Source of the DNA: an uncultured Clostridia bacterium
GTDB lineage: Bacteria; Bacillota; Clostridia; TANB77; CAG-508
DNA length: 64,000 nt
Direction of reading: 5' to 3'
Assembly (NCBI GenBank): GCA_934148985.1
Contig: CAKPDO010000001.1
Coordinates: 20,146-84,145, forward strand
This document shows positions 40,302-50,769 of this stretch, piece by piece (the stretch's first letter is position 1; each line of letters opens with the position of its first letter). The notes under the pieces were generated by a model. That model searched no databases. It was not told the DNA's origin and saw nothing but the letters and a program-made list of their open reading frames with translations. The translations under genes and the position numbers were made by a program.

Positions 40302-40967
40302 ATGGAATTTATAGTAGCTGTTGATGGACCCGCAGGAAGCGGAAAAGGAACAATAACAAAATTAGTAGGAGAAAGGGAAAATCTAGTATACATAGATACG
40401 GGAGCGTTATATAGATGTGTAACATTAGCTATGTTAAGAAAAAATATAGGACTAGAAGACTTAGAACAAATACAAGAAATATTGAACACAATAGATATTG
40501 AATTTAAACAAGAAAATGGCGAAAAGAAAGTATATTTAAATAATGAAAATGTATCAAAAGAAATAAGAGAAGCGGCAGTAAATAAATTTGTATCGCAAGT
40601 ATCACATATAGTGATTGTAAGAGAGGCAATAACGGATTTGTCAAGAAAAATAGCTAAAGGGAAAAAAGTAATAATGGAAGGTAGGGATATTGGAACAAAT
40701 GTATTTCCAAATGCAGATGTAAAAATATATTTAGATGCAACTCCAGAAGAAAGGGCTAGAAGAAGACAAAAACAAAATGAAGAAAAGGGAATAAATATAC
40801 CTTTTGAAGAAATAGTAGAAAACATAAAATTTAGAGATAATAATGACAAAACAAGCAAAGTTGCACCATTAAAACAAGCTGAAGATGCAATATATATTGA
40901 TTCAAGCAATATGACAATTGAAGAAGTTGCTGAAAAAGTAATAGAAATAATAAAAAAAAGAAGATAG
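40302..40967 (+). CDS. cmk: cytidylate kinase
   Basis: VAVDGPAGSGKGT P-loop; DTGALYR. Confidence 0.9.
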   Translation: MEFIVAVDGPAGSGKGTITKLVGERENLVYIDTGALYRCVTLAMLRKNIGLEDLEQIQEILNTIDIEFKQENGEKKVYLNNENVSKEIREAAVNKFVSQVSHIVIVREAITDLSRKIAKGKKVIMEGRDIGTNVFPNADVKIYLDATPEERARRRQKQNEEKGINIPFEEIVENIKFRDNNDKTSKVAPLKQAEDAIYIDSSNMTIEEVAEKVIEIIKKRR

Positions 40968-40979
40968 GAATGATGAAAA

Positions 40980-41579
40980 ATGTATAAAGTAGTAAGAATC
41001 ATATGTAATTTTTTTATATTTATATATTGTAAAATAGTATACAGAGTAAAAGTAGTTGGAACTGAAAACATACCCAAAACAGGGGCAGTAATATTTTGCG
41101 CAAACCATAAAAGTTTTTTAGATCCACCTCTATTAGAAGTAACATGCAAAAGAAAAGACACTAGGTTTGTTGCTAAAGAAGAACTAGCCAAAAATAAATT
41201 TCTTGCATTTTTAGGAAAAGTATTTGATGTAATTTTAGTTAAAAGAAATGATAAGGATTTTGGGCCAATGAAAGAATCATTAAAAACTTTAAAAGATGGA
41301 AAATGTTTAGCTATATTTCCAGAAGGAACTAGAAATGGACTAAAAAAAGGATTAAAGCCAAAAACTGGTGTTGCATATTTTGCATTGAATTCAAATGCTA
41401 CTGTAATACCTGTTGGAATAAAAGGTGGAGAAAAACCATTTAAAAAGGCTACAATTACTTATGGTAAGCCATTAGATTTAGAGGGGTATAAAGGAAATAG
41501 AGAACTTAAAAAGGACAAAGAAGTTTTAGTAGAAGTTACCGGAAAAATAATGGATAAAATAATTGAATTAACAAAATAA
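40980..41579 (+). CDS. plsC: 1-acyl-sn-glycerol-3-phosphate acyltransferase
   Basis: HXXXXD motif (CANHKSFLDPP) and FPEGTR motif. Confidence 0.85.
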   Translation: MYKVVRIICNFFIFIYCKIVYRVKVVGTENIPKTGAVIFCANHKSFLDPPLLEVTCKRKDTRFVAKEELAKNKFLAFLGKVFDVILVKRNDKDFGPMKESLKTLKDGKCLAIFPEGTRNGLKKGLKPKTGVAYFALNSNATVIPVGIKGGEKPFKKATITYGKPLDLEGYKGNRELKKDKEVLVEVTGKIMDKIIELTK

Positions 41580-41696
41580 AAATTTAATTTTAATACTTTT
41601 AGAGGAAATGTAAAAAAAAAACTACACAAAAGCCAAAAAATATGGTACAATGTAAAACGAAAAAGAAATAGAGAAAAAATTAAAGGAGGAATAAAA

Positions 41697-42422
41697 ATGT
41701 CGGGGCATTCAAAATGGAACAACATTCAAGCAAAAAAAGGAAAGGCAGATGCAGCAAGGGGAAAAATCTTTACAAAACTAGGTAGAGAATTACTAGTAGC
41801 AGTAAAAGCAGGTGGACCAGACCCAGCTGGAAATTCAAAATTAAAAGATGTAATTGCAAAATGTAAGGCAGCAAATATGCCAAATGATACAATAAACAAT
41901 GCAATAAAAAAAGCTTCTGGAGAGGGAAGCACAGCAATATATGAGGAAATAACATATGAAGGTTATGGACCAAACGGTGTAGCAGTAATAGTAGAAGCAA
42001 GTACAGACAACAGGAATAGAACAGCCGCAGATGTAAGACACGTATTTGATAAGGCTGGAGGAAATTTAGGAACAACTGGATGTGTATCATATATGTTTAG
42101 TCAAAAAGGAATAATTGTAATAGAAAAAGAAAATTGCAAATTATCTGAAGATGAATTAATGATGCAAGCACTAGAATTTGGAGCAGAAGACTTTGAAGCA
42201 GATGAAGATGTCTATGAAATCACAACAGCACCATCTGATTTTTCATCAGTTAGAGAAAGCTTAGAAGGTCTTGGACTTGAATTCGTAGAAGCGTCTGTAC
42301 AAATGGTACCATCTACAACAGTAGCTTTAGATGAGCATGGAGTAGAAAAAATGAATAGATTAATAGACAACTTAAATGATTTAGATGATGTTATGAACAT
42401 ATATCATAATTGGGAAGAATAA
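41697..42422 (+). CDS. yebC: YebC/PmpR-family transcriptional regulator
   Basis: [31 protein letters not shown] is the family N-terminus. Confidence 0.9.
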   Translation: MSGHSKWNNIQAKKGKADAARGKIFTKLGRELLVAVKAGGPDPAGNSKLKDVIAKCKAANMPNDTINNAIKKASGEGSTAIYEEITYEGYGPNGVAVIVEASTDNRNRTAADVRHVFDKAGGNLGTTGCVSYMFSQKGIIVIEKENCKLSEDELMMQALEFGAEDFEADEDVYEITTAPSDFSSVRESLEGLGLEFVEASVQMVPSTTVALDEHGVEKMNRLIDNLNDLDDVMNIYHNWEE

Positions 42423-42494
42423 AATAAGTTCTAAAATGAAAAAGAATGCATATAATATTTAATAGATATTATATGTATTTTTTTTATTGGGAAA

Positions 42495-43404
42495 GTGATT
42501 AAATTGATTAAAGATGTAATGGAATATCTTCCAATAGATATAAAAGAGAAAATAGAAAAATTAAAAGAAGAACAAGAAAAAATCGAAGAAATTAGAGTAA
42601 GAGTGAACCAAAATTTAAGTTTAAAAATAGGACAAGAAATGAGGTGCACATCACATAAAATAACAAAACAGGAAATTGAAGAAATATTTGAAAATATTTG
42701 TGAAAAATCAGTCTATTCATATACAAAGCAAATATCGGAAGGATTTATTACAATAAGAGGTGGAAATAGGGTAGGAATAACTGGCTCGTGTGTTATAAAA
42801 AATGGAAAAGTTGAAAATATAAATGGTATATCTAGTTTAAATATAAGAATTGCAAAACAAATAAAAGATGCGTCGTTGCCAATTTTAAAAGACGTAATTG
42901 ATATAGAAAATTCAAGTGTATTTAATACAATGATAGTATCTAGTCCAGGGGCTGGAAAAACAACGATTTTGAGAGATTTAATTAGGAAAATTTCGAACCG
43001 GAATGCCAGAAATAGATTTCCCACCGAAAGTATGCGGAATAGTAGATGAAAGAAGTGAAATTGCAGCAATGTATAGAGGAGTACCGCAAAATGATATTGG
43101 AATGTTTTCTGATGTAATAGACAATGTTCCTAAATCTATTGGAATAAATATGCTAATAAGGTCTATGGCACCTGAAATAATTGTATGTGATGAAATTGGC
43201 GGAAATGAAGACATAGAGGCAATAGAAAAAATGGCTCTTAGTGGTGTTAAGGGAATATTTACAGCTCATGGTGGAAGCATAGAAGAAATTTATCAAAATG
43301 AAAATTTAAAAAGATTAATTGATTCAAAAATTATTAGAAAAATCATAATATTAGATTCAAAACAAAAAGGAAAAATAAAGGAAACAATAGATGTTCTAAA
43401 ATAA
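42495..43404 (+). CDS. spoIIIAA: stage III sporulation protein AA (ATPase), interrupted by a +1 shift at in-frame CGG 42999-43001
   Basis: Walker A SSPGAGKTTILRDL. Skipping C42999 gives ...RKISNGMPEIDFPPKVCGIVDERSEIAAMYRGVPQNDIG...CDEIGGNED..., the canonical SpoIIIAA C-terminal half. The ORF-track pieces are 42495-43049 and 43003-43404. Confidence 0.85.
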
Positions 43405-43436
43405 AAATTTACGCATATAAATATATGGGAGGAATT

Positions 43437-43955
43437 ATGGAATATTTTAGATACATATTTTTAATATTTATACTTACAGGAAGTACAAGCATAGGATTTT
43501 TACTGTCAAAAAGTTATATTGAAAGATTAAATGAATTAAAAAGTTTACAAAATGCTGTTTCAATATTACAAAATAAAATTAGATTTACATGCAAACCATT
43601 GATAGAAATTTTCGAAGAGCTTGCGGTAATTAAAAAAAATGAAAAAATATCTGAGATATTTAAAAAGATGGCAGAAAAATTGAAAAATAAGAAAACTGAA
43701 GTTGCTTGGAATGAAGCGGTTTTGGAAGAAAGATTTTACCTTAATCTTAAAGCTGAAGACATTAATTTAATCTTATCTCTAGGCAATATGCTTGGAAAAA
43801 CTGATGTAGAGGGACAAATGAGTGAAATAAACCAGTTTTGTAGTTTAATAAATGAACAGATTGTGATTGCGGAAGAAGAAAAAAATAAAAATTCAAAAAT
43901 GTATAAAAGCTTAGGGACAATCATTGGACTAGCGATAGTGATAATATTATTTTAA
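43437..43955 (+). CDS. spoIIIAB: stage III sporulation protein AB
   Basis: Position in operon; N-terminal TM; about 170 aa; RBS GGGAGG before ATG 43437. Confidence 0.65.
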   Translation: MEYFRYIFLIFILTGSTSIGFLLSKSYIERLNELKSLQNAVSILQNKIRFTCKPLIEIFEELAVIKKNEKISEIFKKMAEKLKNKKTEVAWNEAVLEERFYLNLKAEDINLILSLGNMLGKTDVEGQMSEINQFCSLINEQIVIAEEEKNKNSKMYKSLGTIIGLAIVIILF

Positions 43956-43957
43956 TA

Positions 43958-44015
43958 TGTCCTTAAAAGAACCGGTCCCAAAAGAGCAATGTTCATGAAA
44001 GAACCGGTCCAAAAC
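43958..44015. repeat. two copies of the AAGAACCGGTCC(C)AAAA repeat inside the spoIIIA operon, between spoIIIAB and spoIIIAC
   Basis: Seen directly; same family as 1146-1207. Confidence 0.7.
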
Positions 44016-44037
44016 GAACAAAAGGAGAAAAAAGGTA

Positions 44038-44231
44038 TGAATGTAGATTTATTATTCAAAATAGCAGCTGTAGGAATATTAGTTGCGGTATTACACCAAG
44101 TGTTATGTAGAGCTGGGAGGGAGGAGCAAGCAATGATGACGACACTTGCTGGGCTTGTGATAGTTCTCACACTTGTTATAAAAGAAATAAGCTCATTATT
44201 TGATACAGTAAGGACATTGTTTAGTTTATGA
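44038..44231 (+). CDS. spoIIIAC: stage III sporulation protein AC (64 aa, two TM helices)
   Basis: MNVDLLFKIAAVGILVAVLHQVL... is typical SpoIIIAC; RBS AAAAGGAGAAAAAAGG before ATG 44038. Confidence 0.7.
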
Positions 44232-44281
44232 TTTAAACATGAAACAGTGTGAGGAATAAAAAATAAAAGGATGTTTAGTAA

Positions 44282-44674
44282 ATGGAAGAAGTAATTAAAA
44301 TTATTGGTATTGGAATAATTGGTTTAATACTTATAATTGTAATAAAACAGTACAGGCCTGAATTTGCGATATATATTTCACTGATAACAGGAGCCTTGAT
44401 ATTGTTAATGGCATTAGATGAAATTTCAAGTATTATAAATTTGCTAAAAAATATTTGCAATAAATCTGGTGTAAATACTGGATTTTTGGCAATTTTGATT
44501 AAAATGACAGGAATTGCATTTCTTTCGGAATTTGCAATTAGCATTTGCAAAGATGCTGGAGAAAGTGCTATTGCAAGTAAGGTGGAACTGGGCAGTAAAG
44601 CACTGATTATTTCTATGTCGATACCTATTATTTATAATTTATTAGAAGTAATTTTGAAAATTTTGCCAGATTAA
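44282..44674 (+). CDS. spoIIIAD: stage III sporulation protein AD
   Basis: 130 aa, 4 TM helices; operon position. Confidence 0.7.
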   Translation: MEEVIKIIGIGIIGLILIIVIKQYRPEFAIYISLITGALILLMALDEISSIINLLKNICNKSGVNTGFLAILIKMTGIAFLSEFAISICKDAGESAIASKVELGSKALIISMSIPIIYNLLEVILKILPD

Positions 44675-44700
44675 TTTTCAAACAGAAGTGGAGTTGATAC

Positions 44701-45905
44701 TTGGGTAAGATGAAAATAAAAAAAATTTTAATGTTGATAATTTTACTTTTGTTTTTATTAGGACTAAAGCCTGTTTATGCATCAAATGAAAATTTAACAG
44801 AAGATTCAAGTTCAATTTCCTTAGATACAAGTAGTATTTTAAAAGAACAGGAGTCATCTTTAGGAATTAGGGATTTTCTGAAAGAGGCAAATAAGTATGC
44901 TTCTGATTTTACAAGTGATATTAATATTTCTGATATATTTAACATGGCGATAAAAGGCAAAATTGATAATTCTAGTATATTAAAAAAGGTTGTAAGTTTG
45001 CTCCGGAACGCAGGTTAAAAGCACGATTAAGATTTTAATAAATATACTTGTTATAGTTTTAATACATAGTGTAATAAAATCAATTACAGATGATTTAGAA
45101 AATAGTGAGATTTCAAAGATTGTATATTATGTCCAATACATTTTGATAGTAACTATTATAATGGCGAATTTTACAGATATTTTAAAATTAGTAAATGATA
45201 CAATAGATAATTTAATTGGATTTTCTCAAAGCTTAATACCTCTTTTAATAACACTTATGGCATACACTGGAAGCATAACATCTACAGCAGTTTTAGAACC
45301 ACTTTTACTGTTTTTGATAGAATTTATTACAAATATGATAAAAACACTAATAATGCCGATTATATCTATAATAACTGTACTTGTGATAATTTCAAAATTG
45401 TCTGATAGAATACAAATAAGTAAACTTGGGAGTTTTTTAAAGTCAGGGATAGTATGGTTTTTAGGTGTTACACTTACATTGTTTGTAGGAGTAGTATCAT
45501 TAGAAGGAAGCCTAACATCAAGTGTTGATGGAATAACAGCTAAAACTACAAAAGCAGCTGTTAGTTCATTAATACCTATCGTCCGGGAAAATTTTAGGAG
45601 ATAGTGTAGATACTGTGCTTGGTTGTGGAATTATTTTAAAAAATGCTGTGGGATTAGTTGGTGTAGTAATAATAGTTGGAATTTGTATACTTCCAATTAT
45701 AAAACTTGGAACTTTTAGCATAATGTATTCTCTTACCTCATGCATAATAGAACCAATAGCAGATTCTAAAATTGTAAAATTATTAGATGAAATAGGCGGG
45801 ATATTTAAATTACTTTTTGCAATTTTATGTGCTGTGTCAGTTTTACTGATAATTGGCGTAACACTTGTTATAAAGATTTCAAATAGTGGGATGATGTATA
45901 GATGA
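44701..45905 (+). CDS. spoIIIAE: stage III sporulation protein AE, interrupted by two +1 shifts at in-frame CGG 45004-45006 and 45584-45586
   Basis: Three ORF-track pieces (44701-45018, 45143-45604, 45615-45905) join on skipping C45004 (...VVSLLGTQVKSTIKILINIL...) and C45584 (...PIVGKILGDSVDTVLGCGIILKNAVG...). Result is about 400 aa with a signal peptide and a polytopic membrane domain; TTG start with RBS GTGGAG. Confidence 0.8.
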
Positions 45906-46453
45906 TAAGTTTTTTGAGTAATTGGATTGAACAAATTACAATTTCTGTAATTATTGTGAGTGTTTTTGAACTTATTTTACCAAAAGGAAATTTAAAAAAA
46001 TACATAAAAGTTGTTCTTGGAGTTTATATTATATTTTGCTTTATTTCGCCATTTGTAAATTCGGCTAATTTATATAATGTGAATGACATTGATTTAGAAA
46101 AAGTTGCAGAAAATCTAACTAAAGATGCAAGCAAAAATACGGGGCAACAAAGTATGGATAATAGATTACAAAAGTTATATGTAGAAGAATTAAAGAAAAA
46201 TATTTCTAAAAAAGTAGCTGAAGATGGATATGAAGTTTCAAAATGTACTATTGATGCATCATTAAATGAGAATGAAGGCATAAATAAAATAAGTTTAAGT
46301 TTAAAAAAGAAAGGAATTGCAAGTGTTGAAAAGGTAGAAATTATGCAAGACAGTGGAAAGGAAGAAAGTAGTGATGATATAGAAAAAATAAAAGAAGAGC
46401 TGGCTACATTTTATCAAATTGATAAAGAAAAAATTGATATTAAAATTAAATGA
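45902..46453 (+). CDS. spoIIIAF: stage III sporulation protein AF
   Basis: 183 aa; two N-terminal TM helices plus a soluble domain; operon position. Confidence 0.65.
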   Translation: MISFLSNWIEQITISVIIVSVFELILPKGNLKKYIKVVLGVYIIFCFISPFVNSANLYNVNDIDLEKVAENLTKDASKNTGQQSMDNRLQKLYVEELKKNISKKVAEDGYEVSKCTIDASLNENEGINKISLSLKKKGIASVEKVEIMQDSGKEESSDDIEKIKEELATFYQIDKEKIDIKIK

Positions 46454-46468
46454 AAGGAAAGCTAAGAA

Positions 46469-47080
46469 ATGAGTAATTTTTTTAAGAGTTTAATGCCTAA
46501 AAATGATGGGGAAAAATCTAATAAAAAGAAAATTGAAAATACAGCATTTTTGGTACTCATATTAATAATTACGCTTATTGTAATAAATACTATATGGAGA
46601 GATAAGAAAGACATAACAAATAATGAAAAAAAATCTACAAATTCTATATCTGATAAAATTTTAGCAAATGATGATATAATTTTGCAGGGAAAAACGGAAC
46701 TTGAAGAAAGACTGGAAAATATATTGAGCACTATAAAAAATGTGGGAAAAGTAAATGTGCTTATAAATTATTCGGAAAGCAGCAGTATAGAAGCATTATA
46801 TAATGAAAGTACAACCACAAGTAGTACAGAGGAGGGGGATTCATCTGGAGGAACAAGAAATGTTACAGAAACTGAAACCAAAAAGGATATTGTATATTCT
46901 GAAAAGTCAGGAAGTAAGGAACCTGTAACTAAAAAAACGTTAATGCCAGCAGTTCAAGGTGCAATTATTACAGCAGAAGGAGCAAATGATGCTACAGTTA
47001 AAGCGAATATAATAAGTGCAGTTGGAGCGGTGACAGGTTTAAGTATAGAAAAGATTCAAGTTTTTGAAACACAAAAATAA
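46469..47080 (+). CDS. spoIIIAG: stage III sporulation protein AG
   Basis: N-terminal TM; C-terminal region AVQGAIITAEGANDATVKANIISAVGAVTGLSIEKIQVF is typical of SpoIIIAG. Confidence 0.7.
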   Translation: MSNFFKSLMPKNDGEKSNKKKIENTAFLVLILIITLIVINTIWRDKKDITNNEKKSTNSISDKILANDDIILQGKTELEERLENILSTIKNVGKVNVLINYSESSSIEALYNESTTTSSTEEGDSSGGTRNVTETETKKDIVYSEKSGSKEPVTKKTLMPAVQGAIITAEGANDATVKANIISAVGAVTGLSIEKIQVFETQK

Positions 47081-47137
47081 AAAATAATAATGTCATGTTA
47101 TTTTTAACTTGGAGTTATTATACTAGGAGGGAAAAGA

Positions 47138-47794
47138 ATGAAAAAGTTTAAAGGCAGTGAAGTTGTAATATATGCTGTGGCTTTAATGCTTGTTGCAGCC
47201 GGATATTTTAATTATATGACATTTGAAAATCAAACACAAGAAACATATTCAGAAGATATAACAGAAATAAAGGAAGAAACGGCAAATGTAGGAGATGCGG
47301 TTTTGGTTAGTAACAATGATGTTCAAAATACGACTAATAATGCAAGTGAAAATAAAGCCCAAGAAACCCAAAGTGATGATACTAGCAAAAATAATGAAAA
47401 AGAAAACAAAAGTGATGATACAAGTGGAAATAATAATCAAGAAAAAGATGATTATTATGCGAGTTCAAAACTTGAAAGAGATAAAATGTATGCTGAAATG
47501 ATTTCAAGCTATGAAAAAATATTAAATAATTCTAATTCATCAGAAGCACAAAAAACAATTGCAACACAGGAAATCACAAAAATAAATAATGCAAAAAATG
47601 CAATTATGATAAGTGAAAATTTAATTTTGACCAAAGGCTTTGAAAATTGTATTATTTTAATTAATGATTCTAGCATAAATGTTGTTGTAAAAGCAAAAGA
47701 AGAATTAAAAAAAGAAGATGTAGCAAAAATACAAAATATAATCTCAAGAGAAATGAATACTGAAGTTCAAAATATACATATTACACAAAAATAA
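47138..47794 (+). CDS. spoIIIAH: stage III sporulation protein AH
   Basis: N-terminal TM; C-terminal YscJ/FliF-like region ...ILTKGFENCIILINDSSINVVVKAKEELKKEDVAKIQNII.... Confidence 0.65.
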   Translation: MKKFKGSEVVIYAVALMLVAAGYFNYMTFENQTQETYSEDITEIKEETANVGDAVLVSNNDVQNTTNNASENKAQETQSDDTSKNNEKENKSDDTSGNNNQEKDDYYASSKLERDKMYAEMISSYEKILNNSNSSEAQKTIATQEITKINNAKNAIMISENLILTKGFENCIILINDSSINVVVKAKEELKKEDVAKIQNIISREMNTEVQNIHITQK

Positions 47795-47795
47795 C

Positions 47796-47845
47796 AAATC
47801 CCTTATTAGACTGAAAAAATGGTCTAATGAGGGATTGTTTTATTT
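47796..47845 (+). terminator. rho-independent terminator of the spoIIIA operon (15-bp stem, T-tract)
   Basis: AAATCCCTTATTAGAC...GTCTAATGAGGGATT followed by GTTTTATTT. Confidence 0.8.
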
Positions 47846-47995
47846 GGAAAAAAATGGAAATAAAATTAATATTACAAAAATATTACAAAAATATTATATT
47901 TATGTTACAAAATAAAATTTTTATTGATTTGCATCGAAAAATGATGTAAAATGAAAAATGAATTATGTATTTTTTATATAGAGGAGGAATTTAAA

Positions 47996-49093
47996 ATGGC
48001 ATCAAATCCAATGCAAAGACAAGCAAGAAATTCATTTTTATTAGGAATGGTAATAACAATGGTGATTGCGGCAGTGATAGTAGTTTTACTATTTATGCAA
48101 ATTAAAAAATTAAACGAAAAAATTCAAGAAGAACAGGCAGCAACAAAGAGTGTTTATGTTTTAACAAAGGATATAAAATCAGGACAAGTACTAACTTCAG
48201 ATTTATTTTCAATGGAAACGGTAAGAGCAGAGGGAGTACCAGCAAATGCTACAAGTGACATAGCTACAATGCTACAAAATTACTCATTATGTGATAAATC
48301 AGGAAATGATATATATACAGATACAGATGGAAGTTTATTTATGAATTCTGAAAATGGAAGTAAGGTAATTGTATATACAGAAGAAAAAACAGGAGCATAT
48401 TATACACAAGGTACAAATGGGGCAAAAACATATATTGAAACAACACAAAAACCATTAGTTGCAAAAGTTGATATGAAGGCAAATACAGTAATTGCATCAT
48501 CTTTTATAACAAGAGCAGATGATATAGATACAGATGATGTAAGACAACAAGAATACAATTCAGTTGCTTTGCCAGTAGACTTATTTACAGGTGATTATGT
48601 TGATATAAGATTATTATTGCCAACTGGTCAAGATTACATAGTTGTGTCAAAGAAAATGGTTACAATACCAAAGGTAAATGAAGAATACTTGGCAGATACA
48701 ATCCAAATGAAAATGGCAGAAGAAGAAATAGTTACAATGTCAAATGCAATAGTAGAAGCATTTAGAATGGATGGAGCAAAATTATATGCAACAAAATATA
48801 CAGAGGCAGGAACACAACAAGCATCATCACCTACATATGTTGTAAGTGACGAAGTTGCAAAATTAATTGAAGCAGATCCAAATATAATATCTACAGCAAT
48901 GGCAGCATTAAGTGCAAGATATAATGCAAATAATGGAGCATTGAAAAACTTAAGAAGCCAAAACATAAATGGAGCATTATCAAATTATGGAAAAGATGAA
49001 AATGTATCTCAAAAAATGGATGAAAGTATAACATCAACAAAAGAATCAAGACAACAATATTTACAATCTTTATCAGGAACTGTAGTTGAATAA
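47996..49093 (+). CDS. CpaB/RcpC-like pilus assembly protein (N-terminal TM plus a SAF-like domain)
   Basis: RBS AGAGGAGGAA before ATG 47996; TM LLGMVITMVIAAVIVVLLF; SAF-like segment VYVLTKDIKSGQVLTSDLFSMETV. Confidence 0.45.
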   Translation: MASNPMQRQARNSFLLGMVITMVIAAVIVVLLFMQIKKLNEKIQEEQAATKSVYVLTKDIKSGQVLTSDLFSMETVRAEGVPANATSDIATMLQNYSLCDKSGNDIYTDTDGSLFMNSENGSKVIVYTEEKTGAYYTQGTNGAKTYIETTQKPLVAKVDMKANTVIASSFITRADDIDTDDVRQQEYNSVALPVDLFTGDYVDIRLLLPTGQDYIVVSKKMVTIPKVNEEYLADTIQMKMAEEEIVTMSNAIVEAFRMDGAKLYATKYTEAGTQQASSPTYVVSDEVAKLIEADPNIISTAMAALSARYNANNGALKNLRSQNINGALSNYGKDENVSQKMDESITSTKESRQQYLQSLSGTVVE

Positions 49094-49120
49094 TTTTTAT
49101 GTTAAAAGAAAGGACTTAGT

Positions 49121-49834
49121 ATGAAAAAGATAGGATTTATGGGGGCGTATGACAAAGCAAACTTTATAACATACACAGCAAAAGTTTTAAGTTTATTAGG
49201 CTATAAGATTTTAGTAGTGGATGCAAGTAGTATACAAAAAATAAAATATATAATACCAGCTATAAATCCTACAAAATCATATATAACCTCATTTGAAGAT
49301 ATAGACTTTGCGGTAGGATTTGAATCTTGGGAAGAAATAGAAAGATATCTAGGCATAAAATTTGATACAAATGACGAAGAAATAAAAGAGAAAACAAATG
49401 ATGAAATGTATGATTATATTTTAATGGATATAGATTCTACAGAAAAATTAGAGAGTTTTAATATGGAAAAGGCGGATAAAAACTATTTTGTAACATCATT
49501 TGATTTATTTTCATTAAAAAAAGGAATAGATATATTTAAAAATGTAATAAGACCAATAGACTTAACCAAAATAGAATTTGCTTATGAAACATCAAAAGAA
49601 GATGAAGAATATTTAAATTATATATCAATGGAATATAGGGTAAATTGGAACAATTATGTCCTATACTTCCAAATCTTAGGAGAGGACAACAAAGTTTTTG
49701 AAGAAAATCAAAGAATTGAAAAAATAAGATTTAGAAGATTAAGCATCAATTATAAAGAATCTTTAGCTTATGTAATACAAGACATTTGCAAAAATGAGAA
49801 CATTAGTAAAATAAGAAGAACGATGAAAGATTAG
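49121..49834 (+). CDS. degenerate ParA/MinD-fold protein lacking a canonical P-loop (TadZ-like accessory protein?)
   Basis: 237 aa; MKKIGFMGAYDKANFITYTAKVL resembles a deviant Walker A region. Confidence 0.35.
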   Translation: MKKIGFMGAYDKANFITYTAKVLSLLGYKILVVDASSIQKIKYIIPAINPTKSYITSFEDIDFAVGFESWEEIERYLGIKFDTNDEEIKEKTNDEMYDYILMDIDSTEKLESFNMEKADKNYFVTSFDLFSLKKGIDIFKNVIRPIDLTKIEFAYETSKEDEEYLNYISMEYRVNWNNYVLYFQILGEDNKVFEENQRIEKIRFRRLSINYKESLAYVIQDICKNENISKIRRTMKD

Positions 49835-49845
49835 AGGGTGAGAAA

Positions 49846-50692
49846 ATGGCAATAGTTACTTTTTGGAATGGAACAGATGAACAAGTTCGGAACTACATCA
49901 AGCAGTATTGCATATGCAACAGAACTTGCAATTAAGCATAATATAAAAATTTTACTTGTATCTACATCACTAAATGATAATTTGATGAAAGAAAGTTTTT
50001 GGCAAGAAAAAAAGAAGAAAAGTTTTTCACTATTTAGTGGAAGCACAAGAGGCAGAGAAGTTGAAACAGGGGGAATTGTAGGATTAGACAGAATGATAAG
50101 AAGCAACAAATTAACTCCAGAAATAATAACAGATTATGCAAAAATTCTTTTAACAAATAGATTAGAGGTGCTATTAGGCGTAGAGGGAGATTTTGAACAG
50201 TACAAACAGATAAAGGCAAAATATGCTCAAGTTATATCATCAGCCGGAAAATATTATGATATGGTAATAGTAGATTTAGACAAAAACATAGGAAATCAGG
50301 AAACGGTTGATATTCTTAACACATCAGATATAATTATAGCATTAACATCACAAAGAGCTAAACAAATCGAAAAAATTCAAGAGATGATTAAAGAAGGTAA
50401 AATTTTAAATGAACAAAAAACAATTATGACAATTGGTAAATACATGGAAAATACAAAATATAATGCTAAAAACATAACAAGAAACTTATTAAAACAAAAA
50501 GATATGATAAATACAATTCCATATAATAATTTATTTTTTGAAGCAACACAAGAAGGAACAGTTATAGATTTATTTTTAAATTTAATGAGAGTTAAGGAAA
50601 AAGATAGTAATTATAACTTTGTACAAGAAATAAATAATTTAAATGAAATTGTAAAAGGAAAATATGAACTTCTACAAATGATAAAACAATAA
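49846..50692 (+). CDS. ParA/MinD-like (TadZ/CpaE-like) protein, interrupted by a +1 shift at in-frame CGG 49888-49890
   Basis: ATG 49846 with RBS GAGGGTGAG. Skipping C49888 gives MAIVTFWNGTDEQVGTTSSSIAYATELAIKHNIKILLVSTSL..., continuous with the 49868-50692 ORF-track piece. Confidence 0.5.
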
Positions 50693-50769
50693 TTCCTAAT
50701 TGGAAACTGGGATTTTTACCAAAGGAAAGGAGGAAGCCTTGTTAAAAATTAACAAAGGTTAGAAAAATA

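Noticed and set aside
43989-44037. Upstream extension of spoIIIAC (MFMKEPVQNEQKEKKG...)
   Set aside because: The extension is translated from the repeat element. The proper RBS precedes ATG 44038, giving the canonical 64-aa SpoIIIAC.
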